64,000 bases of DNA from Azolla caroliniana (taxonomy: Eukaryota; Plantae; Polypodiophyta). The stretch lies in assembly GCA_043228905.1 (NCBI GenBank), contig JBHGNT010000018.1:8618001-8682000 (forward strand). Reading direction: 5' to 3'. The notes below the pieces were generated by a model. The model had not been told where the DNA came from, made no database searches, and saw nothing but the letters and a program-made list of their open reading frames with translations. Of this stretch, positions 1 through 12,957 are shown in pieces. The first letter of the stretch is position 1; each line of letters starts with the position of its first letter. Position numbers and translations under genes: made by a program.

Positions 1-3000
1 TTCGGCAACTCCACCAATTCGTACATATGGTTCTCATGTAGGGAATCCATCTCATCCTGCATGGCACTTAACCATTTGCGGCTGTGGGTGTCATCCTTCG
101 CTTCTTCGAAGCTTTCTGGCTCCCCCTCGTCGGTTAGCAGCACATGCTCTGCATCCGGAAATCTCCGGGGGGCTCTTCTATCTCTGAGAGGATATCTCCG
201 TCTTTGGGCTTCGGTAGCCAACTCCTCCATTTGCTCTTCATCCGAATCCGATTCGAGGTCTTGGCCGGTTCCGGTTTCAGCTTCCTCTACTTCTTCTTCT
301 GCCAGTTCGGTATCCTCACCATAACCGGCTGGTTCCTCGAGTGCTAACCGGTCTCTTGCCGGTTGGGTCTGCTCCTCGCAGAATCGATCCTTACCGGTCG
401 ACTCGGAGTTCATTATTGTCTTCTCCGACTCCCAGTCGGCGAGCGTCTTATCCTCCATGAAGATAATATCTCGACTCCGGAATACCTTCTTGTCGACCAG
501 GTCCCACACTCGGTAGCCGAACTCATCGTCGTCGTAACCGAGGAATATGCATGGCCGGGTCTGTGGATCTAGTTTTCCTCTCCGGTCCTTAGCTACATGC
601 ACATACGCAAGACACCCGAATACCTTCAAATGTCGGTAGGACACTTCCTTACCGGTCCAGACTCTCTGTGGCGTGTCTCCGTCCAAGGGTACTGAGGGTG
701 ATCTGTTTATCACATATGTCGCCATCGACAGTGCCTCAACCCAAAACTTCTTGGGTAGTTTTGCATGCGCCAGCATACTCCGGACCCTCTCCATTATGGT
801 CCGGTTCATCCTCTCGGCCAGCCCGTTTAGTTCCGGCGTCTTCGGCACGGTAAATTCGAGCCGGATTCCCTTCGAGTGATAGTACTCCTCAAACTGCCCC
901 CGGTATTCACCTCCGTTATCTGCTCGAACCGCCTTCAGCTTCCGGCTGGTTTCTCTTTCCACTCTCGCGTGGAGCTCTTTGAAGACGGATAAGACCTGAT
1001 CCTTCGTCTTCAACGGTGTGGCCCACAGCTTCCAGCTGTGGTCATCTATGAACGTCACGAAGTACTGCGATCCTGCATGTGACTTCGTGTCCACTTGACA
1101 CACATCCGTATGCACCAACTCCAGTGGCACATTATGTCTCATCGGTGGCCTTGGTCGGAAGGAGGTCCAGTTTTGCTTACCAGCCAGACAGTCATTGCAC
1201 TTCTCCAAGTGCACGTTCTTCACTGGAATGAGGTTGTCTTCTGCAAGCCTCTTCATCCCCTTCTCGCTCATGTGACACAACCTCTTGTGCCATAGCTCAC
1301 CGACAGTGTCGGATGCCACGTTCACTTCTTCCGGGCATAACTGGGCATTCATCAGGTACAACGTGTTGACCTTCCGAGCCCGAGCCACAATCAGGCTCCC
1401 TTTGCTGAACTTCATAACACCGTTCCAGATGCTACCCGTGTAGCCTTCATCATCCAGCCGATCAGCTGATATCAGGTTCAGACGAACCTCCGGAACGTGT
1501 CGGACATCCTTCAGCAGCAACTTGCATCCGGTTGGTGTTGTCATCCACACGTCTCCTATGCCGACAATTCGACATGTACCTTCATTCCCCATCCGGACAC
1601 AGCCATGGTCACCAACTGAGTAGGATGAGAAGCAATTTCGGTTCGGGGTAAGGTGGAACGACGCTCGAGAGTCGACCACCCAGGTCATCTCGTCGTCGGC
1701 AAGGTTTATCTCACTCTCCTCGGTGATGAGCATCAACTCTTCTTCACTTGTCGCGATTGTCGTCGTTCCCTTCCGGTCCGGCCCCCTCCGGTCTTTACCG
1801 TTCCGGTCCGGTGTCTGCTTCGAATCGGTACCGTCGATTTCCTTGTCTTTCCAGAAATGCTGACAGTTCTTCTGGAAGTGTCCCGGCTTGCTGCAATAGA
1901 AGCAAGTAGGCCTCCCCCTTGACTTTGACCTTGTCCCGGACTTCTCCCGGTTCTGGGGACTACCGTTCCTTTGTCTTCCTCATTCCGATTCGGTAAGGAG
2001 CGCTTTGGAGTCGGAGCTCGTATCCTTATCTTTCCGACGCGCCTCCTCATCTAGCAAGATCGACTTCACTCTTGCTAGGGATAACCGTTTCCCTTCCGGC
2101 CCGGCGTTGCCCAAAGTGACGACCAACGTCTCCCAGCTATCCGGGAGGGAACCGAGTAGGAGTGGCGCTAGTACCTCATCGACGAGAGGTACTTCCAATG
2201 ATGTTGCTTGGTGGATCAGCCCCTGGAAGGCAATCATGTGCTCTGCCATGCTGGAGCCATCTTGGTCACCAGAGTCTTACTAGCTTCCGGAATACCGAAA
2301 CCTGATTAACAACATTTTTGTTTTGAAACATAATGCCGATCTTCTCCCAGAGCTCATGAGCCTTGCTCTCTTCATTGAAGTTGTTGTATAGGCTCATGTC
2401 GATGAAGCACCGTATGTAAGCCGTTGTCTTCATGTGCATCACCTCCCATATCGTGGCGTCGATTTTGTCCAATCTCTTGTCCCCAAACTGAACCGGCAAC
2501 CAAAGATCTTTAACCACGAGCATGTCCCTCATCTTCAACTTCCACATCTTCAACTATCACTATGTTAGAATGTACAATAAGAAAGCACCGAGGCCACAAC
2601 CTCGAGCTTGCTATCTTCGCCACAGGCGGCGGTTACAATCAGACGCAACGACCTCTTCCTCTCTCTCACTCTCTCTGTACACAGTTGCGCGCTCTAATCT
2701 TGCACCATCAAAAAACACGAATGACAACAACACTTTCGCACTGTATATACAAAAAAAAATTCCCTAAGTCATATTTATACAAATATGACTTTTTGGCTAT
2801 TTACAAATATAGCCACGATGGACTCTCAGAAACATATTTACGAATATGTCTCTTCATCCGGTAAGCACTCCTCACCGGGACTGCATCATCCGGCGCTTGT
2901 CGGGTACTCGTCATCTGGCTCTCACCGGGTCTTCCGTTTCCGGGTACTCCTCATCCGGTTCTCACCGGGTCTGCAACATCCGGCTCTCCGTAGCCGGGTA

Positions 3001-3140
3001 CTCGTCATCCGGTTCTCACCGGGTCTTCCGTAGCTGGGTATTCCTCATCCGGTTTCGGCCTCGGCCTATCGGGCTCGGCCGAGTTTGCTCATCAGTACTG
3101 TTCTTCTGACTTCCCATCCGGAGGGACCTGTTTCCTCATG
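1..3140 (-). mobile_element. Ty1/Copia LTR retrotransposon (TNT1-like), degenerate; runs off the left window edge and is inserted in a Gypsy integrase
   Basis: Minus-strand gag (WKLKMRDMLVVKDLW, LLLGSLPDSWETLVVTL), CCHC knuckle near 1860-1910, protease WVVDSRASFH near 1650-1680, integrase core, and RT start KWLSAMQDEMDSL near 40-80. Domain order PR-INT-RT, with stops and frameshifts. Confidence 0.9.
2563..3140 (-). repeat. 5' LTR of the TNT1-like Copia; PBS and gag start deleted
   Basis: Reverse complement resembles the Copia LTR at 41078 (…aggaa…gtccctc.gg start; gctayatttgtaaata.cc…cttaggg TATA region). Internal ~30-bp tandem repeats lie at 2870-3060. Confidence 0.7.
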
Positions 3141-3966
3141 GTGACCCCTTGGCTGGTCATTTTGGCGTTACAAAGTTACTCGAATTAATCTCACGAGGAT
3201 ATGTGGCCTCAACCATGAAGTTCGTCAAGGAATTCATCAAGATATGTGATACTTGTGCTAGATCCAAAGTCATCCACCATAGGCCATATGGGTTGCTCCA
3301 ACCACTTCCCATTCCCAACCGGCCTTGGGCATCAATTTCCATGGATTTCATACTGATTTGCCTCTTGTCCACAGATATGACACAGTGATCCTCATGGTAG
3401 ATCGGTTTACAAAGATGGCTCATTTTGCACCTTGTGCAAAGACTATTTCAACAGAAGCAACAACCGATCTATTATTAAAGAATGTGGTGCGGCTTCATGG
3501 GGTCCCAAATGATGTCACCTCAGATCGCGGACCCCAATTTGTCTCTCGTTTTTTGCGGCAGCTCCTTCAAACATTGGGCACAACAGTGAATTTGTCTTCG
3601 TCCTATCATCCTCAAACCGATGACCAAACGGAGCGGATGAACCAAATTCTTGAGCAATACCTTCGATGCTCGCTTAACTACCAGCAAAATGATTGGGTTG
3701 ACCTCCTACCCTTTGCAGAGTTCACATATAATAATACGCTACATGGTTCAACTGGGGTCACCCCATTTTTCGCCAACTATGGTTTCCATCCTCGTTTTAG
3801 TATATCCATCCCTGGCAACTCTGTCAACCCGTCAGTGGAAGGACGTGCTCGTATTTTAACCGACATTCATCAAGACCTCTCCCTCCAACTCATCCTTGCA
3901 AGGGACCGGTATAAAGCGCAAGCTGATTGACATCGTTCCGCTATACCTGCCTTTGTAGTTGCTGAT

Positions 3967-4374
3967 TCTTGAGCGTCAAGCTCAACCGGATCCGGATCGG
4001 CATTCAGAAGGATGAGCCGGATCGGTGAGCAAGTGAGCCGGTGAGTTGGGGAGCCGGTTAGCCGGATCCATCAGTAACCGGAAGCCTAGTAGCAGCCTAG
4101 ACTACTAGGAAGTTAATGTCTCATAGTTAGTGTCAGACGCTCGAGTGAGCATTGAAATACACCGTACTTCTGTCGATCCTCTTAGGACTTGTATAAATAG
4201 TGTTGTTGAGCACGTTTTATGTACTTAGAGCTATTATTGCTTTGTAATAGGATTTTAAAGTTTTGCTCTCTTTTTGTCTCTGTCTCTCCCGCGCACACTC
4301 TGTGTGTTAATCTCTCTCTCTATTGCTATCCGGCAAGGCCGATTTGTCTAACGCTTCCGCACATAATCTTTTCA
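3967..4374 (+). repeat. 5' LTR of Copia 3967-9790
   Basis: Direct repeat of 9389-9790, followed by the iMet PBS. Confidence 0.95.
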
Positions 4375-7300
4375 TGGTATCAGAGCGCGAGGGTTGAGAA
4401 CCTCTACATCCGACATCAGCATCTGAAGACAAACCCTAAGACCCGGTAAGAACAAGAAGAGAAGTAATGGACATAGGAATTGGCTAGCTCATTCCCGATG
4501 GAGAAGCTCAACAGATCCAACTACGCATCATGGTCACACAAAATGCACCAGTACCTGCTTGGGCATGGTTACTGGAGCTATGTCGACCGAGCTAACGACA
4601 CAGCACCTGATGCGGCACACAAGGACTTCCCAGTGTGGGAACAAGCGGCAAGTAGAGTGATGTATTGCTTTGCGTCAAGTGTCGAAGACCAGCTGCTGAG
4701 CCATGTCCGAGATGCCAAGACACCAAAAGAAGCTTGGGGAAACCTGAAGAAGCTTTTCGCGGCAAGCACTATGGCCCGGAAGCTGCAACTCCGACAAGAG
4801 TTGAGCAATGTCCAACAGAAGGACATGTCAGTAGCCGATTACACGGCCCAAATCAAAGAAATTTGTGACCCACTTGCCTCTATCAACGTCATGGTAGAGG
4901 AAGATGAGATGGTGCAGACATGTCTTGGGGGCCTAACGTCTAAGTTCAAAATGTTCTGAACGGCGGTATGTACAAGGGAGAATACGCCGTGAATTTTCGA
5001 CTTACAGTCGATGCTCCTTGTAGAGGAGAACCGTGCCGGTGCGTCAACAAGTGCACCCATCGACAGTCAGATGCTCTACACGGAGGCGGATCGACCCCGT
5101 GGGCGTAGTGGACGAGGCGGGTTGGCTCGCAATGGTAGCGGCCGGCAAGAGCATGAATGAAGGCACAGATAAAGTGCCGACAGCAACTCTGGACCCTCCA
5201 CAAGGAGGGGGAGTCAAGGCGGTGCCGGAGGCCAGCAAGCAAAGGCCGACACGGAATGCTGGTACTGTGATAAAAAGGGCCACAGAGAAAGTGAGTGTTG
5301 GAAGAAGTGCGCCGATTCGGATAGATCCGGATACGGCAAGGCCGGCAGAGAGAACCGGCAATACTCGCACTATGCAAAAGGATTGGGAGGATCCAAAACC
5401 GAAAAAACTGGTAAAGGGCCAACCTTGGTGATGAAACACGAGGCTAACTCGATGAAGAAGACCACGTCCAAACTAGAGGAAGTGTGGTACGTTGATTCCA
5501 GAGCGTCGAATCACATGACGAGCCACAGAGAGTGGTTCTCCTTCTTGGAGAAACCAGAACAACTGGGAGTCGTCAAAACTGGAGACGACACTCCACATCC
5601 AATCGTGCATGTCGGAGAAGTTCCTTTGAGCCACGTTGGACAGAGGGGGAAGCTGATGAACGTATTACATGTTCCGACCATCACGAAGAACCTGGTGTCG
5701 GTTGGATAGATTGTCGACCAGGGGATGCATGTGCGGTTTACGCACCTCGGGTGCTTCATCGAGGAAGAGGGCCAAATCGTTGCGCAAGGGCGTAGGGACG
5801 GGAGGATGTTTATCCTCAACACCAATGACGTCGGCACCGCTTTGTTCACCAAAGGATAGAAGATTGAATCAGATATCGATCTCTAGCACAAGCGGATTGG
5901 CCACGTCAATTACAGGAGGCTTCAAGACTTGCAAACGAAACACGTTGTTTTCGGTTTGCCGAAGTTTAGTGGCCGGAAGGCCCAAGTATGTGAAGCCTGC
6001 CAACTCGGGAAGCAACACTGGCTTCCCTTCCCCACCGAACGAAACTAGAGCCATAACAAGCTCGATCTAATCCATTCGGATGTATGGGGACCGGCACAAA
6101 ACTTGAGTCTTGGGGGGAGTCGATATTTCCTCACCTTCATCGACGACTACAGCTGGCACACATGGATCTACCTCATTGAGTGGAAAAGCGAAGTCTTCGA
6201 GTGTTTCTGGAACCTGCAAAGGCTAGTTGAATGGGAAATGGAAAGGAAGATCAAGTGCCTGCGGTTGGATGGAGGAAAAGAATATTTTTCTGGCCAATTC
6301 AACAGTTATCTGCAGTAGAACGGAATTCAAAGAGATATCAGCTGCAGGTACACACCGGAGCAAAACGGTGTGGCCAAAAGGAAGAACCGTTCGATTGTCC
6401 ACACGTCAAGGGCAATGTTGGAGGAGAAGAGCATGCCCCATTTCTACTGGGCTAAGGTGGTCTAGATGACCGTCTACATCCAAAACCGGATCGATGACAA
6501 GGTGTCAACACATGAGCTATATTTCGGGCGCAAGCCGAATTTGAGAAACCTTCGGATATTCGGTAGCATTGCATATGTGCATGTGCCGGATGAGAAGCGG
6601 AGGAAGTTGGATGCAAAGTCAGAGAAATGCATCTTGGTCGGTTACTCGCATGAGCAAAAGGGGTACAAGTGTTATAACCACCGGACGAAGTAGGTCCGAG
6701 TAAGCCAAGATGTCGAGTTCGATGAATCGGCATCATGGTACTCCTTACCGGCTCCGACTTCCGACCCCGACCCGATACCAAAGGATGAGGCTAGTGAGCC
6801 TGAACCGATCCAATTAGAAGATGAAGGGTTGGAGACTCTAGATGAGAGTTTAGAATTGTTTCGGTTGAGTGGACTGAATGAGCGGCTGAGTCTGGGATGA
6901 CTACTCAAATGAGGAACCGACGAATAGTGGAGACTCTGTCGTGCTCTCCCCACGCAAGGAACCGAGGAGACGGTTCACGCGCAAAGAGAAAGGGAAGAAG
7001 AAGATGCAGGAATACGAAACCAGCAACGTTGAGTCGGATCGGAGCGAATCCGACTCCGGAAAGGATGAAGGTGGATCTTCGAGAACGAAGTCCGAACCGG
7101 CTAAGAAGGGCCCCAAACCGGGTAACGATAAGATATGTCGGTCTTCTCGCCAGAAGAACCCCGTGAAGCGGTACGGGTACAATGAGTACATGGCGCATCA
7201 CTATGCATACATGACCAAGGTGGCGGAAGTGTGTGAGCCGGAGAGCTACGCAGAAGCGGCAAAGGACGCAAATTGGCGTGCCACTATTAAGGAAGAAATG

Positions 7301-9388
7301 CGGGCACTCGATGCCAACGACACATGGGACCTAGTTGACCCTCCCCGACACTGTAAACTGATCGGATGTAAATGGGTGTACAAGGTAAAGTACAATGCCG
7401 ACGGTTCGGTTAACCAGTACAAGGCCCGGTTAGTGGCGAAGGGATACACGCAGACCCACGGAATCGACTACGACGAGACCTTCACTCCGGTAGCAAAGAT
7501 GACGATGGTTCGTGTGGTGTTGGCGGTTGTTGTGGCAAGGGGGTGGCATCTTCACCAGATGGACGTGAAGAATGCATTTCTTCAAGGAGATCTTGAAGAA
7601 GAGGTCTTTATAACCCAACCCCCCAGTTTCCAGTCGGAGATGAACAAGTCGGCGGTATGCCGGCTAAATAAGTCACTTTATGGCCTGAAGTAAGCCCCCC
7701 GAGCTTGGAATACGAAGATCACGCACCGGTTGCGTAAGATGGGGTTTGCGGCCTCCAAGTCTGACTCTTCGTTGTTCATCCGGCAAGGTCAAGACGGTCT
7801 GATTTGCATCTTACTGTATGTTGATGATCTAGTCATCACAGGACCTGGACTCGATGAAATTGGCCGAGTCAAGTCCCAATTGTCGGATGCATTTGAGATG
7901 AAGGACCTGGGGGACCTTCACTATTTCCTTGGGATCGAGGTGATCTGAACCCCCGACGGCATATTTCTCTCACAGAGACACTATGTGTTGAATATGTTGT
8001 ACAAGTTCGGCATGACGGAATGCCAACCTATCTCTACACCCTTGGACCGGAACCAGAAGCTCCGTCCCGACTCCGGACCAGCCTGTGATGAGAAACGGTT
8101 CCAACAAATTGTCGGAAGCCTTATATGTTTGATAATCACCCGACCCGACATCAGTTATCCGGTCAACGTGATCAACCAATATATGCAGAAGCTGACCGTG
8201 GCGCACCTTCTATGCACGCATCGAATTTTGCGATATGTGAGCAGCACAAAGGAACGAGGACTTTTATACCGGCATGGTATAACCGAAGAACTAGTCGGCT
8301 ACAACAATGCTGATTGAGTCGGCTATGCATCAGATTGTCGATCCACCTCCGGCTATATGTTTTCCCTTGGTAGCGCGGTTGTTGCGTGGAGCAGCAAAAA
8401 GCAGCCAACGGTGGCCCTTTTGAGCACTGAGGCTGAATACCGGGGCGCTACCGTTGCCACCTGTGAAGCCATTTGGCTCCGGTGATTGCTACAAGACCTG
8501 CAGATCGAGGTGCCGACCCCGATCCTACTCTACTACGACAACATAAGCAGCATGCAGCTCGCCAAGAACCCCATATTCCATGCTTGCACAAAGCACATAG
8601 AAGTGCACTACCACTTCGTGCGTGAGCGTGTCCTGAGCGGTGAAGTCGAACTTCGGTATGTTCATACAGATTGGCAAGTTGCCAACATCTTCACCAAACC
8701 GCTCGGATCGGACAAGTTGCAGCACTTCACCGAAATGCTTGGTGTTCAGCATCTCGACGTGCCACACTTGAGGGGGAGAACTGGCAAAGACACCAGAACG
8801 GGCAAAGGCAAAGAGACTGTCGATTGCGCCGGTAAGGGAAGAACCGACAAGGGGAGAGACAAGATGAAGAAAGGAGTCGAGTCGACAAAGGAAGTTGACA
8901 CATCCAAACAAGTCGGAACTAGCGGCAATGGCTGTAGAGTCAAGAAGGACAGAGCCGCCAAGACCCGGACATGGTCCAATGTGGTGAAGGGCCTGGAACC
9001 CGAAAACGAATCGGGAGCGACCGATTCAGACAAGAGCTGGAACGAATCGGAGACAGTCGATTCAGTTCAATAGACGGATTCAGAAGAACCGGATCAATTC
9101 AAGGCCAAGAGGACGAGAAGGCAGCGAAAGTCGACGCCAACACGAAGGAATCAGCGAATCGGCAAGAGCTGAAGTCACAGCAGCGAGGGAGCTGAATTGG
9201 GCTTGTTGAGCAGACAAGCCGACCGAGGAGGTCGAGGTGCGCAGAATCAAAAGGGTCGCGGCAAACGGGACCGGACCGGACGAGGAGCACGACCGAGGTG
9301 GAGTGACGCCCGAAGGAGCCGAGTGGAAGGACCGACAGCCATGGAGACTAACACTACGATCCGACCTCAAGTTGAGCATGAGGGGGAG

Positions 9389-9790
9389 TGTTGAGCGGCA
9401 AGCTCAACTGGATCCGGATCGGCTGAATAAGCCTGAGCTGGTGAGCAAGTGAGCCGGTTAGCTGGGGAGCCGGTTAGCCGAATCCATCAATAACCAAAAG
9501 CCTAGTAGCAGCCTAGACTACTAGGAAGTTATTGTCTCATTGTTAGTGTCAGACGCTCGAGTGAGCATTGAAATACACCGTACTTCTATCAGCCCTCTTA
9601 GGACTTGTATAAATAGTGTTGTTGAGCACGTTTTATGTACATAGAACTATTATTGCTTTGTAATAGGATTTTAATGTTCTGCTCTCTTTCTGCCTCTCTC
9701 TCTCCCGCACACACTCTGTGTGTTAATCTCTCTCTCTGTTGCTATCCGGCAAGGCCGATTTGTCTGATGCTTCCGCACATAATCTTTACA
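9389..9790 (+). repeat. 3' LTR of Copia 3967-9790
   Basis: TG…CA ends, preceded by the PPT. Confidence 0.95.
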
Positions 9791-10249
9791 TTGATCAAGT
9801 TTGGTTCTTACGTCACCATTTCGATACTACTCGACCTTGCAGAAATTTGGATTACAAGAAGTTGGGGCCTTTCCACATCATTGAGTGTGTCAATCCCGCT
9901 ACTTTCCGGCTGGAACTTCCTCCACATTTCCGGATTCATAATGTCTTCCATGCCTCTCTTCTCAAACCTTATCATCCATCCACTATTCCTGGAAGACACT
10001 CTCCACCTCCACCTCCAATTGAGCTTTCCACATGTGAGGAGTATGAGGTGGACAAGATTCTGGACTCTTGTTGGCATCGACGAAAACTTCAATACTTAGT
10101 CCTATGGAAAGGGTATCCCATTTCAGAGGCAACTTGGGAACCAGCCCAACACTTGGAGAATGCACCGGATGTTGTTCATGCATTTCATCACCAATATCCA
10201 CAAAAACCGGGGAGACGTCTTCGCCTAGGCGGCCTTAACAGGGGGAAAA

Positions 10250-10564
10250 TGTCAATGGACATGACAACAATCATGTCATGATTCGAACTCTTGACCTATT
10301 GTATTTAATCGATATGTTTTAACCAATACATCCAATACATAATTATGTACCTTACTAGATTATTGTAGGTTATCTATTCTACATGTAGGATTTTAGAAGC
10401 TTCCAGAAAGCTCCAGAAGCTAGAACATTCTAGAAGCTTGTGCATGAAAATGAGTCTTTGCATGGGGCTACATTTAGAGCCCATAAACATGTATAAATAC
10501 AGGGGTTCACCTTGGTTTTAGTCTCACTCTCCTAGTATTGAGCCTCGTCTACTTGTCCGTGACA
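10250..10564 (+). repeat. 3' LTR of the Tcn1-like chromovirus
   Basis: Follows the chromodomain and PPT; tgtcaatggacatgac…tgtccgtgaca; TATA tgtataaata near 10490. Confidence 0.85.
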
Positions 10565-10923
10565 CTCCTCTCCATCTTCTTCTTCTTCTTCATTTACTTG
10601 TTTTTGTGTACAAGAAAGTCGGTTGTAGAGGATCAGACTCAACCCTCGCGCTCTGATACTATAAAAACAATGTGGAAGTCTGGATACATAGTTGGCCTAG
10701 CCGAACACAACATGAGCAAATAAGATAAAAACAACAAATGTAGAGATGGTGGCACAAAGAGTGAGAGAGAGGGAATAGAAAACCAAAGAACAAAATTGTA
10801 TCACTAAAAACAATCAATTAATTACAATGGTGCTCAATGAGCCTTTATATACCTAACCCTAGAATGCCCTAATAAGATAGTGGGCTTTCATATGTACAAG
10901 GTGTTGAGCTTGCTATCTCAACA
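10565..10923 (-). mobile_element. Copia 5' LTR, PBS and leader (same superfamily as 3967-9790); host of the chromovirus
   Basis: Reverse complement reads tgttgagatagcaagctcaac… (LTR about 10662-10923), then tagtatcagagcgcgagggttgag, nearly identical to the PBS and leader at 4375. Confidence 0.8.
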
Positions 10924-11249
10924 ATAATCTCTATTGTCCCTTTTATATGCTTTTAGAGCTCCTCACATGCAAAAAAAATAGTAAGTATTGTATTGGCATG
11001 CACCTCACTTTATTTGCTTTTACATTGACCTTTACTTACTTAGGGCACCTAATGTGAGCAAAATGTTCATTATTGCGTCCACATGTTTCATGTCTTTCTT
11101 GTCATACCTTAGCTTCAACCCTTCTTATAGCTTGATTTTGACGCATTTTCTCTCGTGAACTTCCTGCATCACGACACTAAAATGGATGCTTGAGCAAGGT
11201 TTGAAATGCATTCCAAGAGTTCTATCATAGATCGATATGTGGGATGTCA

Positions 11250-11810
11250 AGTAGGAATTGATTTGCATCGTGAATTATAGATTGTATCTTTGTTGAATAA
11301 AATCAGGAGGAAATTTGTGTGTTGGAGTACTACTAATTTATCTTTTGGAGGAAGGATTATTTTGGTTAACCACATTCTATTGTCTACTATGTAGCATGCA
11401 AGTTCGTCTTGGATTTCAACAAAATCATGTCTAACTACAGTACAATAGTTTGTTAGGAATTTCATATGGTTTGGAAAAGATAATGTAAGAGTTAGGGGTA
11501 AGATGGCGTGGTCAAAGGTTACACTACCTAAACATAAGGGTGGTCTTGGCTTTATTGATCCTATTGAACCAAGGCCTTGTTGGTCAAATTTATGGCTAGA
11601 GCATAGTTACTTGGGTAGGAAGTGATGAAACTCATTCTCAAATATAGATTGCAACCTTGTGGTCATGTGCATGGTGGCCCTTGGGCCTTACAATTTTGTT
11701 GGTTTATAGAGTATTTTGCTTGGTTTAGAGGTGGTCATAAATGGGAATCCAAAAATTTTGCAATAGTTTTTAAAGCTTGGATTGATGTTAGGAGTGGTTT
11801 TTTTATTTCG
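11250..11810 (+). mobile_element. LINE-1-like ORF2 relic (post-RT region)
   Basis: Translates to SFGGRIILVNHIL… and RNFIWFG…KMAWSKVTLPKHKGGLGFIDP, matching the plant L1 'W..V..PK..GGLG' motif; contains stops. Confidence 0.75.
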
Positions 11811-12957
11811 GTTCCTATGTGTATGTATTAAGTTGGTGCACAAATAGTGTGTCCCGATTAAGACCAAGAAGTTGGGGCAAAACATATAAATGAAACAGAG
11901 ATGTTCCAAATGACTTCGAGAGAACCAATAGAACCAATTGATGATGAAGCGGGGGACCTTGTAGACTTAGAAGACATATCAAAGTCTGAACATAATCATG
12001 ATTCTGCTGAGGATACTGAAGAAGCCAACAAGGGTAATCTTGAACAAATAGCATATCCTAAAAAGCCTCTGTTACCGGACTTACTGTTAGATTATAAATG
12101 CATATAACTTTTGAACATTGACTAATTTTAAAAGTCTCCTTTAATATATAATTCAAGTTTATGTATAAAGCAGTGTCCGACTAATGGATTTAAATTTTGA
12201 GTTTAATTAGTATGTGTACATGTTGGGTTTGGTCCCCATTCTTGTTTGCCAGGGTATTGGTGAATCTGAATTTATAGTTTGACAATTGTTATTATTTGGC
12301 AAGTTATTTTCCAACTAATGAACTTAAAGTTTGAGTTTAATTTGCATGTGTACATGTTTCCGTTGCTCTCCCTCCATTCTTGTTTGGGGTAAACTTGAAT
12401 ATAAATTTATACTTTGACATATGTTATAATGGGCAAGTTATTGTGTATGGGTTCTTTGCACATTGAAAGTGTCACGTGTCATGTGTCATTGATTGGAATA
12501 ATTTTCTCGATATAATTGTATCTTGTAGTTGCAACCCTCACAATTTCCTTTAAGATGTCTTATATATAAATATATGGACAAAATTAACAGAAAGCACTTA
12601 TTTAGTGGGGTGTGATTTTCATATTATGTAAAATGAAGTCACAAAATTAGCACAAGTCAATTATTTAGTACGATATGATTTTCATATAAAGTAAAATGGT
12701 TGGTAGTACAATTATACTTGCATGGACTTCTAGACCTTATATAAGAATTGGATAATAATTTGGTAGGGAGAATATGAGACTATTGCTTTTGCGATCGTGA
12801 TAATGTTTAGTTCTAAAATTTTCTAAGTTTTGATGAACCATGTACACATGCATTGTACCTTCTTGAAAGGCTCTTAAGATAAGGCATTTTTTAAAATTGT
12901 CACCGAAATGTCAAAAAGAGAATGTGACATATTACCTATACAAATGACCTAGTGTTC

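Larger units (their letters stand above)
3967..9790 (+). mobile_element. Full-length Ty1/Copia LTR retrotransposon with pseudogenised gag-pol
   Basis: LTRs at 3967-4374 and 9389-9790; PBS tggtatcagagc (iMet) at 4375-4386; PPT gagggggag at 9380-9388; TSD ctgat/ttgat. Domains: gag, CCHC, PR (WYVDSRASNH), INT, RT (QMDVKNAFLQG, LYVDDL), RNase H (KHIEVHYHFVRE). Many stops. Confidence 0.97.
3141..10564 (+). mobile_element. Ty3/Gypsy chromovirus (Tcn1-like), 3' half: integrase, chromodomain and 3' LTR; interrupted by a Copia at 3967-9790
   Basis: DPLAGHFG…CDTC zinc domain and SDRGPQF integrase core (3141-3966). It resumes at 9796 with DQVW…LGPF and the chromodomain EYEVDKILDS…YLVLWKGYP…TWEP. PPT agggggaaaa precedes an LTR TG…tgtccgtgaCA at 10250-10564. 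Confidence 0.9.

Noticed and set aside
11815-12500. Possible DNA-transposon (hAT-like) 3' remnant with an acidic short ORF
   Set aside because: No diagnostic motif, TIR or TSD could be identified.
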